DNA of 64,000 nt. It comes from Longimicrobiales bacterium. Lineage in GTDB: Bacteria; Gemmatimonadota; Gemmatimonadetes; Longimicrobiales; Gaopeijiaceae. The position numbers were made by a program, and so were the translations under genes. Positions 18,942 to 28,181 of the stretch are shown piece by piece (positions within the stretch are counted from its first letter, which is position 1; each line of letters begins with the position of its first letter). The notes under the pieces were generated by a model. The model was not told the origin of the DNA, searched no databases, and saw only the letters and a list, made by a program, of their open reading frames with translations. Where the stretch lies: contig CAXXKM010000001.1 of the NCBI GenBank assembly GCA_963664435.2, positions 672,001-736,000 on the forward strand, in the 5' to 3' direction.

Positions 18942-19820
18942 ATGGCTGCGCCGAGCTTTGAGGACTTCGTGTCGGGATCCTGGAGAACGGCCTGCTACCA
19001 CCGTTGCAAGCCCTCAACCAGGCAGCGGTTGGATAGCGCGCTTCGCACGCAGTTGCTACCGACTTTCGGTGTACATCGGCTTGACGAGATTCCTCCCTCA
19101 GCGGTCCACGAATGGTTCGACCGCTACAGCCGGACAGCACCCGCGGGTGCGAACCGAATTCTCGACATCCTTAAGCAGATCTACAACTACGCGATCGAGT
19201 GCGGGCTCGTGGACGCGAACCCGGCCCACGGCGTCAGACACAATCCGAGACCCAGAGTCACCCGCTTTCTCTCGCAGGACGAGTTGGCGCGCGTGCACGC
19301 GGCACTGGATGCCCACAGAGGTCGCGGATCCGGTCAACAGCAGGTGGCCATCATCCGCCTCCTTCTGCTGACGGGTTGCCGCAAGGGCGAAATGGTGTGC
19401 CTTCGCTGGGACGAGGTGGACGGAAGGGTCCTGCGTCTGGCTGACAGCAAGACGGGACCGCGGACGGTCTTCCTGAGCAAGGCCGCCCGGGAGTTGATTG
19501 CCCGGCAACCGCGTACCGATAGCCCCTACGTCTTCCCGTCGCTGAAGGATGGATCCCGGCATCGATCCAACGAACTGTCCCTGTGGCGGAAGGTCCAGCG
19601 CGAAGCTGAAATCGACGATGTGAGGCTACACGACCTGCGGCACACCTTCGCGAGCCACGCGGTCATGCAGCGCGTTCCCCTGCCGGTCTTGTCCCAACTC
19701 TTGGGGCATAGCCGCGACCGGATGGCAATGAGGTATGCCCACATCGGTGACCGGGAAGCGGAGGCGGCCGCAGAGCGGGTCGGTACCCAGATTGCAGCAC
19801 TGCTGGGCGACCTTGGCTGA
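18942..19820 (+). CDS. Tyrosine recombinase 2 (paralog, no arm-binding domain)
   Basis: TGCRKGEM, DSKTG, HDLRHTFAS and LLGH...AMRYAH. Starts 3 nt after the recombinase 1 stop. Confidence 0.92.
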   Translation: MAAPSFEDFVSGSWRTACYHRCKPSTRQRLDSALRTQLLPTFGVHRLDEIPPSAVHEWFDRYSRTAPAGANRILDILKQIYNYAIECGLVDANPAHGVRHNPRPRVTRFLSQDELARVHAALDAHRGRGSGQQQVAIIRLLLLTGCRKGEMVCLRWDEVDGRVLRLADSKTGPRTVFLSKAARELIARQPRTDSPYVFPSLKDGSRHRSNELSLWRKVQREAEIDDVRLHDLRHTFASHAVMQRVPLPVLSQLLGHSRDRMAMRYAHIGDREAEAAAERVGTQIAALLGDLG

Positions 19821-20016
19821 GGTTCAAGCCCGATGTCGAACCGGTATCCGGTGCGTGGTGTGCAGCTTATGTCCCAAAATGACAACGACTTGACCTCACA
19901 CGTGACCACGCCCGCTTGGCGGGAAGCATCTGCGGGCCATTGACGAGCGAGCTTTGTGCCGGGCACACTTGTCAGCGATTCGTTCTATCGTTCGCCCCTG
20001 CAACCATACTGGCCAT

Positions 20017-22935
20017 ATGTCCCATATGGATTCCCATATCGTCCGGACTCCGCCCGTTAGCCAGCGCAAGAAACTCATTGAAGTTGCGCTCCCGCTCGAC
20101 GCTATCAACGATGCCTCGAGGCGCGAAAAATCGATCCGGCACGGCCATCCCAGCACCCTTCATCTCTGGTGGGCGCGCCGACCTCTGGCGGCTGCGCGCG
20201 CCGTCATCTTCGCCCAAATGGTGGATGATCCTTCGGAGGACCCCGATCGGTTCCCGACGGAGGAGACGAGAACGCGCGAACGGACGCGCTTGTTCCGGCT
20301 GATCGAAGAACTCGTGACTTGGGAGAACACGACGAATCAGGAAGTCTTGAAGCGCGCTCGCGAGGAAATCCTGCGAAGCTGGCGGAGATCGTGCGCTGAC
20401 AACTCAGATCACCCACGGGCGACGGAACTCTTCGATCCTGAAAAATTGCCGGCGTTCCACGATCCGTTCGCCGGGGGTGGTGCCCTACCGCTGGAGGCTC
20501 AGCGCCTCGGACTGGAAGCTCACGCAAGCGATCTCAACCCCGTGGCGGTGTTGATCAACAAGGCCATGATCGAGGTTCCACCGAGGTTCGCTGGTCGCGC
20601 GCCAGTGCACGCCAGTGCTCGCCCCGATGCACCGAGGACGCCTGGGGTATTGATCGATCGGGATTGGCGGGGGGCGCAGGGCCTGGCCGAAGATGTCAGG
20701 CGTTACGGCAAGTGGATGAGGGACGAAGCCGAAAAACGGATCGGAGGGCTGTATCCGAGGATTGCCGTGACCGGGGAAATGGCGCGCGAGCGTCCCGACC
20801 TGAGGTCGTATGTGGGCCGGGACCTCACCGTGATCGCGTGGCTGTGGGCGCGGACAGTTCCGAGTCCCAATCCGGCGTTCGGAGATGTGGAGGTTCCCTT
20901 GGCGTCAACCTTCATGTTATCGACCAAGAAGGGAAAGGAGGCATACGTTGAGCCGGTGATCCGGGACCATGAGTATCGGTTCGACGTTCGCGCCGGCCCA
21001 CCGCCGGCCCGCGCCGCAGCAAGGAAGGGCACGAAACTGTCGCGTGGGGCGAACTTCCGCTGCCTTCTGTCGGGCGCGCCGCTGGCACCTGCCTACATCA
21101 AGTCAGAGGGCCGCGCCGGTCGAATGGGAGCACGGCTGATGGCGATTGTGGCGCAGGGGGACCGTGAGAGGGTGTATCTGAATCCGACCGATGACCACGC
21201 GGAGACCGCGCAGCGGGCGCGGCCGACGTGGCGGCCGGATTTGAGTCAGCCCAAGAACCCCCGCTGGTTCTCACCTCCGGACTACGGCCTCTCCACCTTT
21301 GGCGACCTCTTCACCCCCCGCCAGCTAGTGGCCCTTACCACCTTCTCGGATCTCGTCGGCGAAGCAACCCAGCAGATCCGGCGGGACGCGGTAGCCGCGG
21401 GCCTTGCCGACGATGACGTTCCATTACGTGATGGAGGCCTCGGCGCGCGCGCGTATGCCGAGGCTGTGGCCCTGTATCTGGGCATCACGGTGAGTAGGCT
21501 CGCCAACCGCCAAGCCACCCTGTGCTTTTGGGACCGGATGCGCGAAGGCGTACAGCAGGTGTTCGCGCGCCAAGCCCTACCAATGGTTTGGGACTACTGC
21601 GAAGGTAATCCCTTCAGCGCTTCCAGCGGCAATTGGGTTGTTCAGTTAAAGTTTCCCGCGAAGATGATTGAGGCCGCCCCGGCAATGATCCCGGGCCATG
21701 CTGAGCAAGCAGATGCACGCGTGAGTACGTTGGCTTTCAGTCGAGTGGTTTCGACGGACCCTCCGTACTATGACAACATCGGATACGCGGATCTCTCCGA
21801 TTTCTTCTACATTTGGTTGCGTCGTTCGCTGAAGCCGTTGTTTCCCGGTCTCTTTGCCACGCTGGCAGTGCCGAAGGCCGGGGAACTCGTTGCCACACCG
21901 TATCGGCACGGAAACAAGGAAGCTGCAGAGGGATTCTTCCTTGAGGGCATGACCAAGGCGACCCGCCATCTTGCAGAGCAGGCCCATCCAAGCTTCCCGG
22001 TCACGATCTACTACGCCTTTAAACAGTCGGAGGGCAAAGGCGGCGCGGGTGTCGTCAGCACCGGCTGGGAAACGTTCCTGGACGGCGCAATGCGATCAGG
22101 GTTCGCGATCACGGGGACGTGGCCTATACGCACCGAAAACGTGGCTGCACTCAAGAAGAACGTCGCCGCCCTCGCCTCAAGCATCGTCTTGGTCTGCCGC
22201 CGCCGCCCCACCAACGCACCCCTCGCCACCCGCCGGGAGTTCCTCACCGCCCTCCGCTCCGAGCTGCCGCAAGCCCTCGACCTCCTCCAGTCCGGCAACA
22301 TCGCCCCGGTTGACCTCGCGCAGGCGGCCATCGGGCCGGGAATGGCGGTATACACCCGCTACGGGAAGGTACTCGACGCCAACGGACAGCCCATGAAGGT
22401 CCGCGAGGCCTTGGCCATGATCAACCAGATCCTCGACGAATCGCTCGCCGAGCAGGAAGGCGACTTCGACGCGGATACTCGCTGGGCGCTTGCCTGGTTC
22501 GAGGAGCGTGGCTTCGAGGAAGGGGAGTTCGGAGTGGCAGAGATGCTGTCCAAGGCCAAGAACACCAGCGTGCAGGGGTTGGTGCAGGCAGGAATCCTCG
22601 AATCGCGCGCGGGCAAGGTCCGCCTGCTGCGACCTTCCGAGTTGCCTGCGGAATGGGATCCGTCGACCGATATCCGGCTCACAACTTGGGAGATGGTCCA
22701 CCACCTGATTAGACTCCTCGAAAGCGACGGGGAGGTAGCGGCAGCGGGTCTCGTCAGGCACTTGGGGAGCGTCGCCGATGTCGCTCGCGATCTGGCCTAC
22801 AGGCTCTTTTCCATCGCGGAACGAAAGAAGCGGGCTACGGAGGCACTTCAGTACAACGGTCTGGTCGGAAGTTGGGCGGAAATCAGGCGGATGGCGGGCA
22901 CGGAGGCGGCCGCAGAACAGACGGAGCTGTTGTAA
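20017..22935 (+). CDS. DUF1156 adenine DNA methyltransferase, allele B, full length
   Basis: Same DUF1156 N-terminus, DPFAGGG and TDPPYYD, plus the full C-terminus (DFDADTRWALAWF...ALQYNGLVGSW). Start uncertain (20017 or 20026). Confidence 0.92.
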   Translation: MSHMDSHIVRTPPVSQRKKLIEVALPLDAINDASRREKSIRHGHPSTLHLWWARRPLAAARAVIFAQMVDDPSEDPDRFPTEETRTRERTRLFRLIEELVTWENTTNQEVLKRAREEILRSWRRSCADNSDHPRATELFDPEKLPAFHDPFAGGGALPLEAQRLGLEAHASDLNPVAVLINKAMIEVPPRFAGRAPVHASARPDAPRTPGVLIDRDWRGAQGLAEDVRRYGKWMRDEAEKRIGGLYPRIAVTGEMARERPDLRSYVGRDLTVIAWLWARTVPSPNPAFGDVEVPLASTFMLSTKKGKEAYVEPVIRDHEYRFDVRAGPPPARAAARKGTKLSRGANFRCLLSGAPLAPAYIKSEGRAGRMGARLMAIVAQGDRERVYLNPTDDHAETAQRARPTWRPDLSQPKNPRWFSPPDYGLSTFGDLFTPRQLVALTTFSDLVGEATQQIRRDAVAAGLADDDVPLRDGGLGARAYAEAVALYLGITVSRLANRQATLCFWDRMREGVQQVFARQALPMVWDYCEGNPFSASSGNWVVQLKFPAKMIEAAPAMIPGHAEQADARVSTLAFSRVVSTDPPYYDNIGYADLSDFFYIWLRRSLKPLFPGLFATLAVPKAGELVATPYRHGNKEAAEGFFLEGMTKATRHLAEQAHPSFPVTIYYAFKQSEGKGGAGVVSTGWETFLDGAMRSGFAITGTWPIRTENVAALKKNVAALASSIVLVCRRRPTNAPLATRREFLTALRSELPQALDLLQSGNIAPVDLAQAAIGPGMAVYTRYGKVLDANGQPMKVREALAMINQILDESLAEQEGDFDADTRWALAWFEERGFEEGEFGVAEMLSKAKNTSVQGLVQAGILESRAGKVRLLRPSELPAEWDPSTDIRLTTWEMVHHLIRLLESDGEVAAAGLVRHLGSVADVARDLAYRLFSIAERKKRATEALQYNGLVGSWAEIRRMAGTEAAAEQTELL
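21349..21398. repeat. Inner 50-bp perfect inverted repeat, right copy
   Basis: Exact reverse complement of 16611-16660. Confidence 0.92.
22167..22366. repeat. Outer inverted repeat, right copy
   Basis: Pairs with 15640-15839; strongly C-skewed on the coding strand in both alleles. Confidence 0.9.
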
Positions 22936-22994
22936 ACCATCCCGTTTTGGCAGAATCCGTAGCTGTGAGGATCCGCGAGCCCGAGGGCTGAGAG

Positions 22995-24170
22995 ATGAGA
23001 ATCGAGAATATCGAGATCGAGAACTACCGGCTGTTTCGCCGCGCAGAGCTACGGAATCTACCCCGGCTCACCATCGTCGTGGGTGCGAACGGTTCGGGGA
23101 AGTCCACGCTCTTCGACGTGTTCACCTTCCTCAAGGATGCTCTCACCCACAACGTTGCGACTGCCGTAACGCGGCGTGGGGGGTTTCGGGAGCTGGTCTC
23201 GCGCGGGAGCGAGGGCCCGATCGGAATCACCGTCCAGTTCCGCGAAAGTGGTGGGCGGCTTGCGACCTACGTCCTCGAAGTCACCACCAGAAACGGTCGA
23301 GTCGTCGTTGGCCGCGAGGTGCTCCGGTATCGGCGCGGACGGTACGGGAAGCCTTGGCATTTCGTCGACTTCATTTGTGGCGAAGGATATGCCATCACCA
23401 ATGAGTCGGTCTACGGTCAGGAGGGAGTTCAGGAAGCGCGCGAGGAGTTCAAGCTCGACGATCCGAGTGTGCTCGCCATCAAGGGTTTGGGACAATTCCA
23501 GCGGTTTCGAGTGGTATCGGAGTTCCGTAGCTTGATCGAGAACTGGCACATCTCGGACTTCCACATCTCGGATGCGAGACCGAGCGTGGAGGCTGGATTC
23601 GCCGAGCATCTGTCCACCCGAGGCGACAACGTGGCGCAGGTCGCTCAGTACCTCTATCAGCACCATCCGGAATGCTTTGATCGAGTTCTCGAGGCGATGA
23701 GTTCACGGGTACCCGGGGTCAGCCGAGTCGAAGCAAGGCCGACGGAAGACGGTCGGCTGGTGCTGCGCTTTCAGGACCACTCGTTCCGAGATCCGTTCAT
23801 CGCCCGCTTCGTCAGCGACGGTACGATCAAGATGTTCGCGTACCTGATTCTCCTCTACGATCCCAAGCCGCATCCGCTGCTGGCCGTGGAAGAGCCTGAG
23901 AACCAGTTGTACCCGGACCTTTTGCTGGAACTCGTTGAGGAGTTCAGGGACTACGCGAGGCGCGGTGGCCAAGTCTTCGTTTCGACCCATTCTCCGTTCT
24001 TCCTGAATGGGGCCGGACTGGACGAGGTCTTCTGGTTGGCCAAGGAAAACGGCTTCACAAAGGTGCGCAGAGCGTCCACCGACGACCTGCTCAAGGGGTT
24101 GGTCGCGGAGGGCGACAAGTTGGGCACGCTGTGGAGGCAAGGTCTCTTCGAAGGAGCGGGACCGCGATGA
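22995..24170 (+). CDS. ABC-type AAA ATPase (AAA_15/AAA_21, OLD/AbiE-like)
   Basis: IENYRLF, GANGSGKST (Walker A), SDGT signature, VEEPENQLYP (Walker B/D-loop) and STHSP. Confidence 0.9.
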   Translation: MRIENIEIENYRLFRRAELRNLPRLTIVVGANGSGKSTLFDVFTFLKDALTHNVATAVTRRGGFRELVSRGSEGPIGITVQFRESGGRLATYVLEVTTRNGRVVVGREVLRYRRGRYGKPWHFVDFICGEGYAITNESVYGQEGVQEAREEFKLDDPSVLAIKGLGQFQRFRVVSEFRSLIENWHISDFHISDARPSVEAGFAEHLSTRGDNVAQVAQYLYQHHPECFDRVLEAMSSRVPGVSRVEARPTEDGRLVLRFQDHSFRDPFIARFVSDGTIKMFAYLILLYDPKPHPLLAVEEPENQLYPDLLLELVEEFRDYARRGGQVFVSTHSPFFLNGAGLDEVFWLAKENGFTKVRRASTDDLLKGLVAEGDKLGTLWRQGLFEGAGPR

Positions 24171-24739
24171 GCAGAGTAGTGTTTCTGCTCGAAGAGTACT
24201 CGATGAAAACGCTTCTGGACGGGCTCCTTCCCCGGCTGTTTCCGCAGCTGGTGTTTCTGTGCGTGCCTCATGAAGGCAAGGGCGATCTGGAAAAGAGCAT
24301 CCCAAGAAAGCTCCGAGGCTGGCGGGAGCCCGGCGTTCGCTTCGTCGTAGTGAGAGACAATGACCGGGGTGATTGCCTTGGCCTGAAGAACCACCTTCGT
24401 GATCTGTGCTCCGTCCGCCCGGCCGAGGACGTCGTGGTCCGCATCGTGTGCCAGGAACTCGAAGCCTGGTACCTAGGCGAGCCCGACGCCTTGGCTGAAG
24501 CGTTCGAGAAGGAATCCCTCCGCAGGATCGGTTCTCGATCGCGCTTGCGCCAGCCCGATGCCGTCCCATACCCGGCGAAAGAGCTGGCCAGGCAGATTCC
24601 AAGGTTCCAGAAGGTGTCCGGTGCGCGTCTTCTCGCCGAACACCTTACACGCGAGCGAAACCGATCCCCGAGCTTTCATGCCATGATGGACGGCGTCGAA
24701 CGACTCGCCTCACGGCTTATCTCCACCCACCAAACCTGA
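24167..24739 (+). CDS. DUF4276 family TOPRIM-like protein
   Basis: VVFLLEEYSM, VVVRDND, ELEAWYLG and NRSPSF motifs. ATGA overlap with the ATPase. Confidence 0.82.
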   Translation: MSRVVFLLEEYSMKTLLDGLLPRLFPQLVFLCVPHEGKGDLEKSIPRKLRGWREPGVRFVVVRDNDRGDCLGLKNHLRDLCSVRPAEDVVVRIVCQELEAWYLGEPDALAEAFEKESLRRIGSRSRLRQPDAVPYPAKELARQIPRFQKVSGARLLAEHLTRERNRSPSFHAMMDGVERLASRLISTHQT

Positions 24740-24742
24740 CAC

Positions 24743-27700
24743 ATGGCTATCACCAACCACGAGCGCGTCGGCAAGGCGATGGAGCTTCTCCGCGGCGGCC
24801 TGGGCTCCTTCGTTGAACGTGAAATCAAGACCGCGCACCCTCCCAGGACCACCGTAGCCCGCGAAACTCTTCGGTACTTGGACAACCACGAGCTGGCCAG
24901 GCGGCCCATCGCGGACTGGGACGCGCACGCGCTCCTGCTTCTGATGTGGAAGTCCTGGAACACGGTCTTCAGAACCACGCTGGGCCACGCCGAACGCAAC
25001 TATGTGTCGGAACTTCGTGACGCCAGGAATCGGTGGGCTCACCAGCAGAGCTTCTCCACGGACGACGCCCATCGCGTGCTGGACTCGACCCATCGGCTGT
25101 TGACGGCAATCTCGGCTCCCGAGGCGGCGGAGGCCGACAAGATGAGGATGGATCTCCTCCGGCGTCGGTTCAACGAGCAGGCTCGTCACATCAGGCGGCA
25201 AACAACCCAGACAGCCCTCGAAATCGGCGCCACATCGTCTCTTCCCGCTTGGCGGGACGTGGTTGACCCCCACCCGGATGTTGCGAGCGGCAGGTACAAC
25301 CAGGCCGAGTTTGCTGCGGATCTCTGGCAGGTGTATCGGGGAGAGGGCTCGCACGAGTACCGGAACCCGGTCGAGTTCTTCCGGCGCACCTATCTGACCG
25401 AGAGCTTGCGTGCCATGCTTATCGGCGCGGTACGCCGAGTTACTTCCGGCAGAGGCGACCCGGTCATCCAGCTCCAGACCAACTTCGGTGGTGGCAAGAC
25501 CCATTCCATGCTGGCGCTGTACCACCTCTTCTCGGGTACTCCTCCGACGAGCCTCGCGGGAGTCGATGAGCTTATGACCGAGGCCAAGGTCGCAGGACTC
25601 CCATCGGTTCGCCGAGTCGTCCTGGTCGGCAACAAGATCTCGCCTGCGCGGCCAGATCGAAAACCGGACGGTACGATTGTCCACACCCTGTGGGGTGAGC
25701 TCGCGTGGCAGCTCGGCGGCCGGGATGCCTACCGGAGGATTGCAGCTGACGACGAGAAGGGCACCAGCCCCGGTGACGCCATTCGCGGTCTGCTCAACGA
25801 CTTCGGTCCGTGCGTGGTGCTCATCGACGAGTGGGTAGCGTACGCGAGGCAGCTGCACGACCGCAGCGACTTGCCGGCGGGGAGCTTCGAGACCCAGTTC
25901 ACCTTCGCCCAAACCCTGACCGAGTCGGCGAAGGCGGCGTCCAACTGCCTCCTCGTCATCAGCCTTCCGGCTTCGGACACGGCTGCGGCGCCGCACACTC
26001 GGGCCGACGACGTGGAGGTAGGGGGCGTTCGCGGCCGGGAAGCCCTGAACCGATTGAGCAACGTCGTAGGCCGGCTGGAATCGGCCTGGCATCCCGCCAC
26101 GGCCGAAGAAGGCTTCGCGATCGTCAGACGGCGTCTCTTCGCGCCGATGACCGAAGAGGCGTATAAGCAGCGCGATGCGGTCGCACGGACCTTCGCGGAC
26201 TTCTATCGGCGCCAACACCAGGAATTCCCTGTTGAGTGCCGCGACGGGGAGTATGAGCGGCGATTGAAGGAGGCGTACCCCATCCACCCCGAAGTCTTCG
26301 ACCGGTTGTACGAAGACTGGTCCACGCTGCTGAGGTTCCAACGCACGCGGGGCGTACTGCGGCTGATGGCCTCGGTCATTCACAGCCTGTGGGAAAAGGG
26401 AGACAAGAGCCCGCTCATCATGCCCTCCCTGGTGCCGATCGACGATGCGCGCGTGCGCTCCGAACTCACGAGCTATCTGCCCGACCGCTGGGTGCCGATC
26501 ATCGAATCGGACGTGGACGGGCCGAACTCCCTTCCCCTCCGCATGGATGGCCAGTACAGCAACCTGGGCAAGCTGAATGCCTGCCGACGCGTTGCCCGGA
26601 CGGTCTATCTCGGATCCGCACCGCTGACGGAGGCGGCCCGAAAGGGCATGGACGACCGCCGGGTAAAGTTGGGGTGCGTGCTCCCGGGAGAGTCGGCAGC
26701 AATCTTCGGTGACGCCTTGCGACGTTTGGCTGGCGCGGCAACCTACCTATACCAGAACGGCCCCCGCGTCTGGTACGACACGCAACCCACGGTCACCAAG
26801 CTCGCACGGGACAGGGCTGCGCAGCTGGAACGCGATCCCGACAAAGTTGCCGAGGAGATTGGACGCCGCGTGCAGACGGATGCGGCGAAGCGAGGCGACT
26901 TCCATGGCGTCCACTGCTTTCCGCGCGAGCCGGCGGATGTTCCGGATGACCCGAGCGTTCGTCTGGTGATTCTCGGCACTGACGCGCACTACATCAGGGG
27001 TGGCAACAGCCCCGCTGAAGCTGCGGCTCGCCAGTTGCTGGACTCACGCGGGGCGGGGCCTCGCCTTTGCCGCAACGCGGTCGTATTCCTCGCGCCTGAC
27101 AGGACGCGGCTGCAGGACCTTGAGGGCACGGTACGAATGTACCTCGCCTGGCAATCAATCGTCGGCGAGAAGGAGACCCTGAATCTCGATCCTTTCCAGG
27201 TAAAGCAGGCAGAGACCCGTCTGAAGGAGGAGGAGGGACGGGTGAAGGGCCAGATCCCCGAGGTGTTCCAATGGCTTCTGGTTCCGGTGCAGAGCAAGCC
27301 GGAGGACCAGGTGGGCTGGGAAGCTATGCGACTGATGGGAACGGGTGAGCTGGCCGTCCGGGCGAGCACGAGGCTCAGGCGTGAGGAGCTACTCGTTATC
27401 AGCTATGGGAGTACTCGCCTCCGCATGGATCTCGATCGTATTCCTCTGTGGCAGGACCACGTGGAGATTCGCCAGTTGGCGGACCACTATTCGCGATACA
27501 CGTATCTGCAGCGAGTTGAGGATCCCTCGGTGATCGCGGAGGCTGTGCGCGATGGGGTCGGGCTGCTGACGTGGGAGACGGACACGTTCGCCTACGCGGA
27601 AGGCTTTGACGAGGAGAAGGGACGTTACCTGGGGCTCCGTGCAGGCGAGGCTTTGCAACAGCCCTTGACGGCCGACAGCCCCGGCTTGGTGGTTCGACCG

Positions 27701-28060
27701 AAGATTGCCCGGAAGCAGATGGATGAAGAGGTGCGGCCGGAGCCCGGACCGGGGCCAGGACCAGAGCCGGGGCCAGGGCCCGGACCGGAGCCGGGACCAG
27801 GACCAGGACCGGATCCCCAGCCGGCTCCGCGGCGCTTCCACGGAAGCGTCGATATCGATCCAGTCCGGGCAGGCAAGGTGGTGGGTCAGATTGCCGAAGA
27901 GGTCGTTTCGCATCTGACCGGTCTGGTGGGATCGAGAGTAGAACTAACCCTCGAGATCGAGGCGGAGATCCCGGATGGAGCTCCGGAGCATGTGGTTCGC
28001 ACCGTTACGGAGAACGCGAGGACGCTGCGCTTCACGAGTCAGGAGTTTGAGGAGGAGTAG
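24743..28060 (+). CDS. DUF499 AAA+ ATPase with N-terminal Swt1-like HEPN domain
   Basis: ELRDARNRWAH (RxxxxH), PHPDV...EFAADL, FGGGKTH, LIDEW, YPIHPE and FQRTRGVLRL. Confidence 0.9.
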   Translation: MAITNHERVGKAMELLRGGLGSFVEREIKTAHPPRTTVARETLRYLDNHELARRPIADWDAHALLLLMWKSWNTVFRTTLGHAERNYVSELRDARNRWAHQQSFSTDDAHRVLDSTHRLLTAISAPEAAEADKMRMDLLRRRFNEQARHIRRQTTQTALEIGATSSLPAWRDVVDPHPDVASGRYNQAEFAADLWQVYRGEGSHEYRNPVEFFRRTYLTESLRAMLIGAVRRVTSGRGDPVIQLQTNFGGGKTHSMLALYHLFSGTPPTSLAGVDELMTEAKVAGLPSVRRVVLVGNKISPARPDRKPDGTIVHTLWGELAWQLGGRDAYRRIAADDEKGTSPGDAIRGLLNDFGPCVVLIDEWVAYARQLHDRSDLPAGSFETQFTFAQTLTESAKAASNCLLVISLPASDTAAAPHTRADDVEVGGVRGREALNRLSNVVGRLESAWHPATAEEGFAIVRRRLFAPMTEEAYKQRDAVARTFADFYRRQHQEFPVECRDGEYERRLKEAYPIHPEVFDRLYEDWSTLLRFQRTRGVLRLMASVIHSLWEKGDKSPLIMPSLVPIDDARVRSELTSYLPDRWVPIIESDVDGPNSLPLRMDGQYSNLGKLNACRRVARTVYLGSAPLTEAARKGMDDRRVKLGCVLPGESAAIFGDALRRLAGAATYLYQNGPRVWYDTQPTVTKLARDRAAQLERDPDKVAEEIGRRVQTDAAKRGDFHGVHCFPREPADVPDDPSVRLVILGTDAHYIRGGNSPAEAAARQLLDSRGAGPRLCRNAVVFLAPDRTRLQDLEGTVRMYLAWQSIVGEKETLNLDPFQVKQAETRLKEEEGRVKGQIPEVFQWLLVPVQSKPEDQVGWEAMRLMGTGELAVRASTRLRREELLVISYGSTRLRMDLDRIPLWQDHVEIRQLADHYSRYTYLQRVEDPSVIAEAVRDGVGLLTWETDTFAYAEGFDEEKGRYLGLRAGEALQQPLTADSPGLVVRPKIARKQMDEEVRPEPGPGPGPEPGPGPGPEPGPGPGPDPQPAPRRFHGSVDIDPVRAGKVVGQIAEEVVSHLTGLVGSRVELTLEIEAEIPDGAPEHVVRTVTENARTLRFTSQEFEEE
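27737..27823 (+). repeat. Coding (PEPGPGPG)n low-complexity linker
   Basis: Encodes PEPGPGPGPEPGPGPGPEPGPGPGPDPQP with synonymous variation between units. Confidence 0.8.
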
Positions 28061-28181
28061 CGGGGCGCAGCCCCGGCGTAACCCGTGATCCGCTCAGGCA
28101 GGCTCTTCATAGTATCACCGCTCTCCGTCGCATAGTATCATCGCATTGCGGGGTCAAGACCTGCCCCGCGGAGACCCGCTG

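Noticed and set aside
19868..19890. TGTC-N7-GACA dyad after the tandem recombinases as their target site
   Set aside because: Only 4-bp arms, and no partner found on the other side of the pair.
27737..27823. PG repeat as a contingency locus
   Set aside because: In-frame and synonymously diverged; best explained as a flexible linker.
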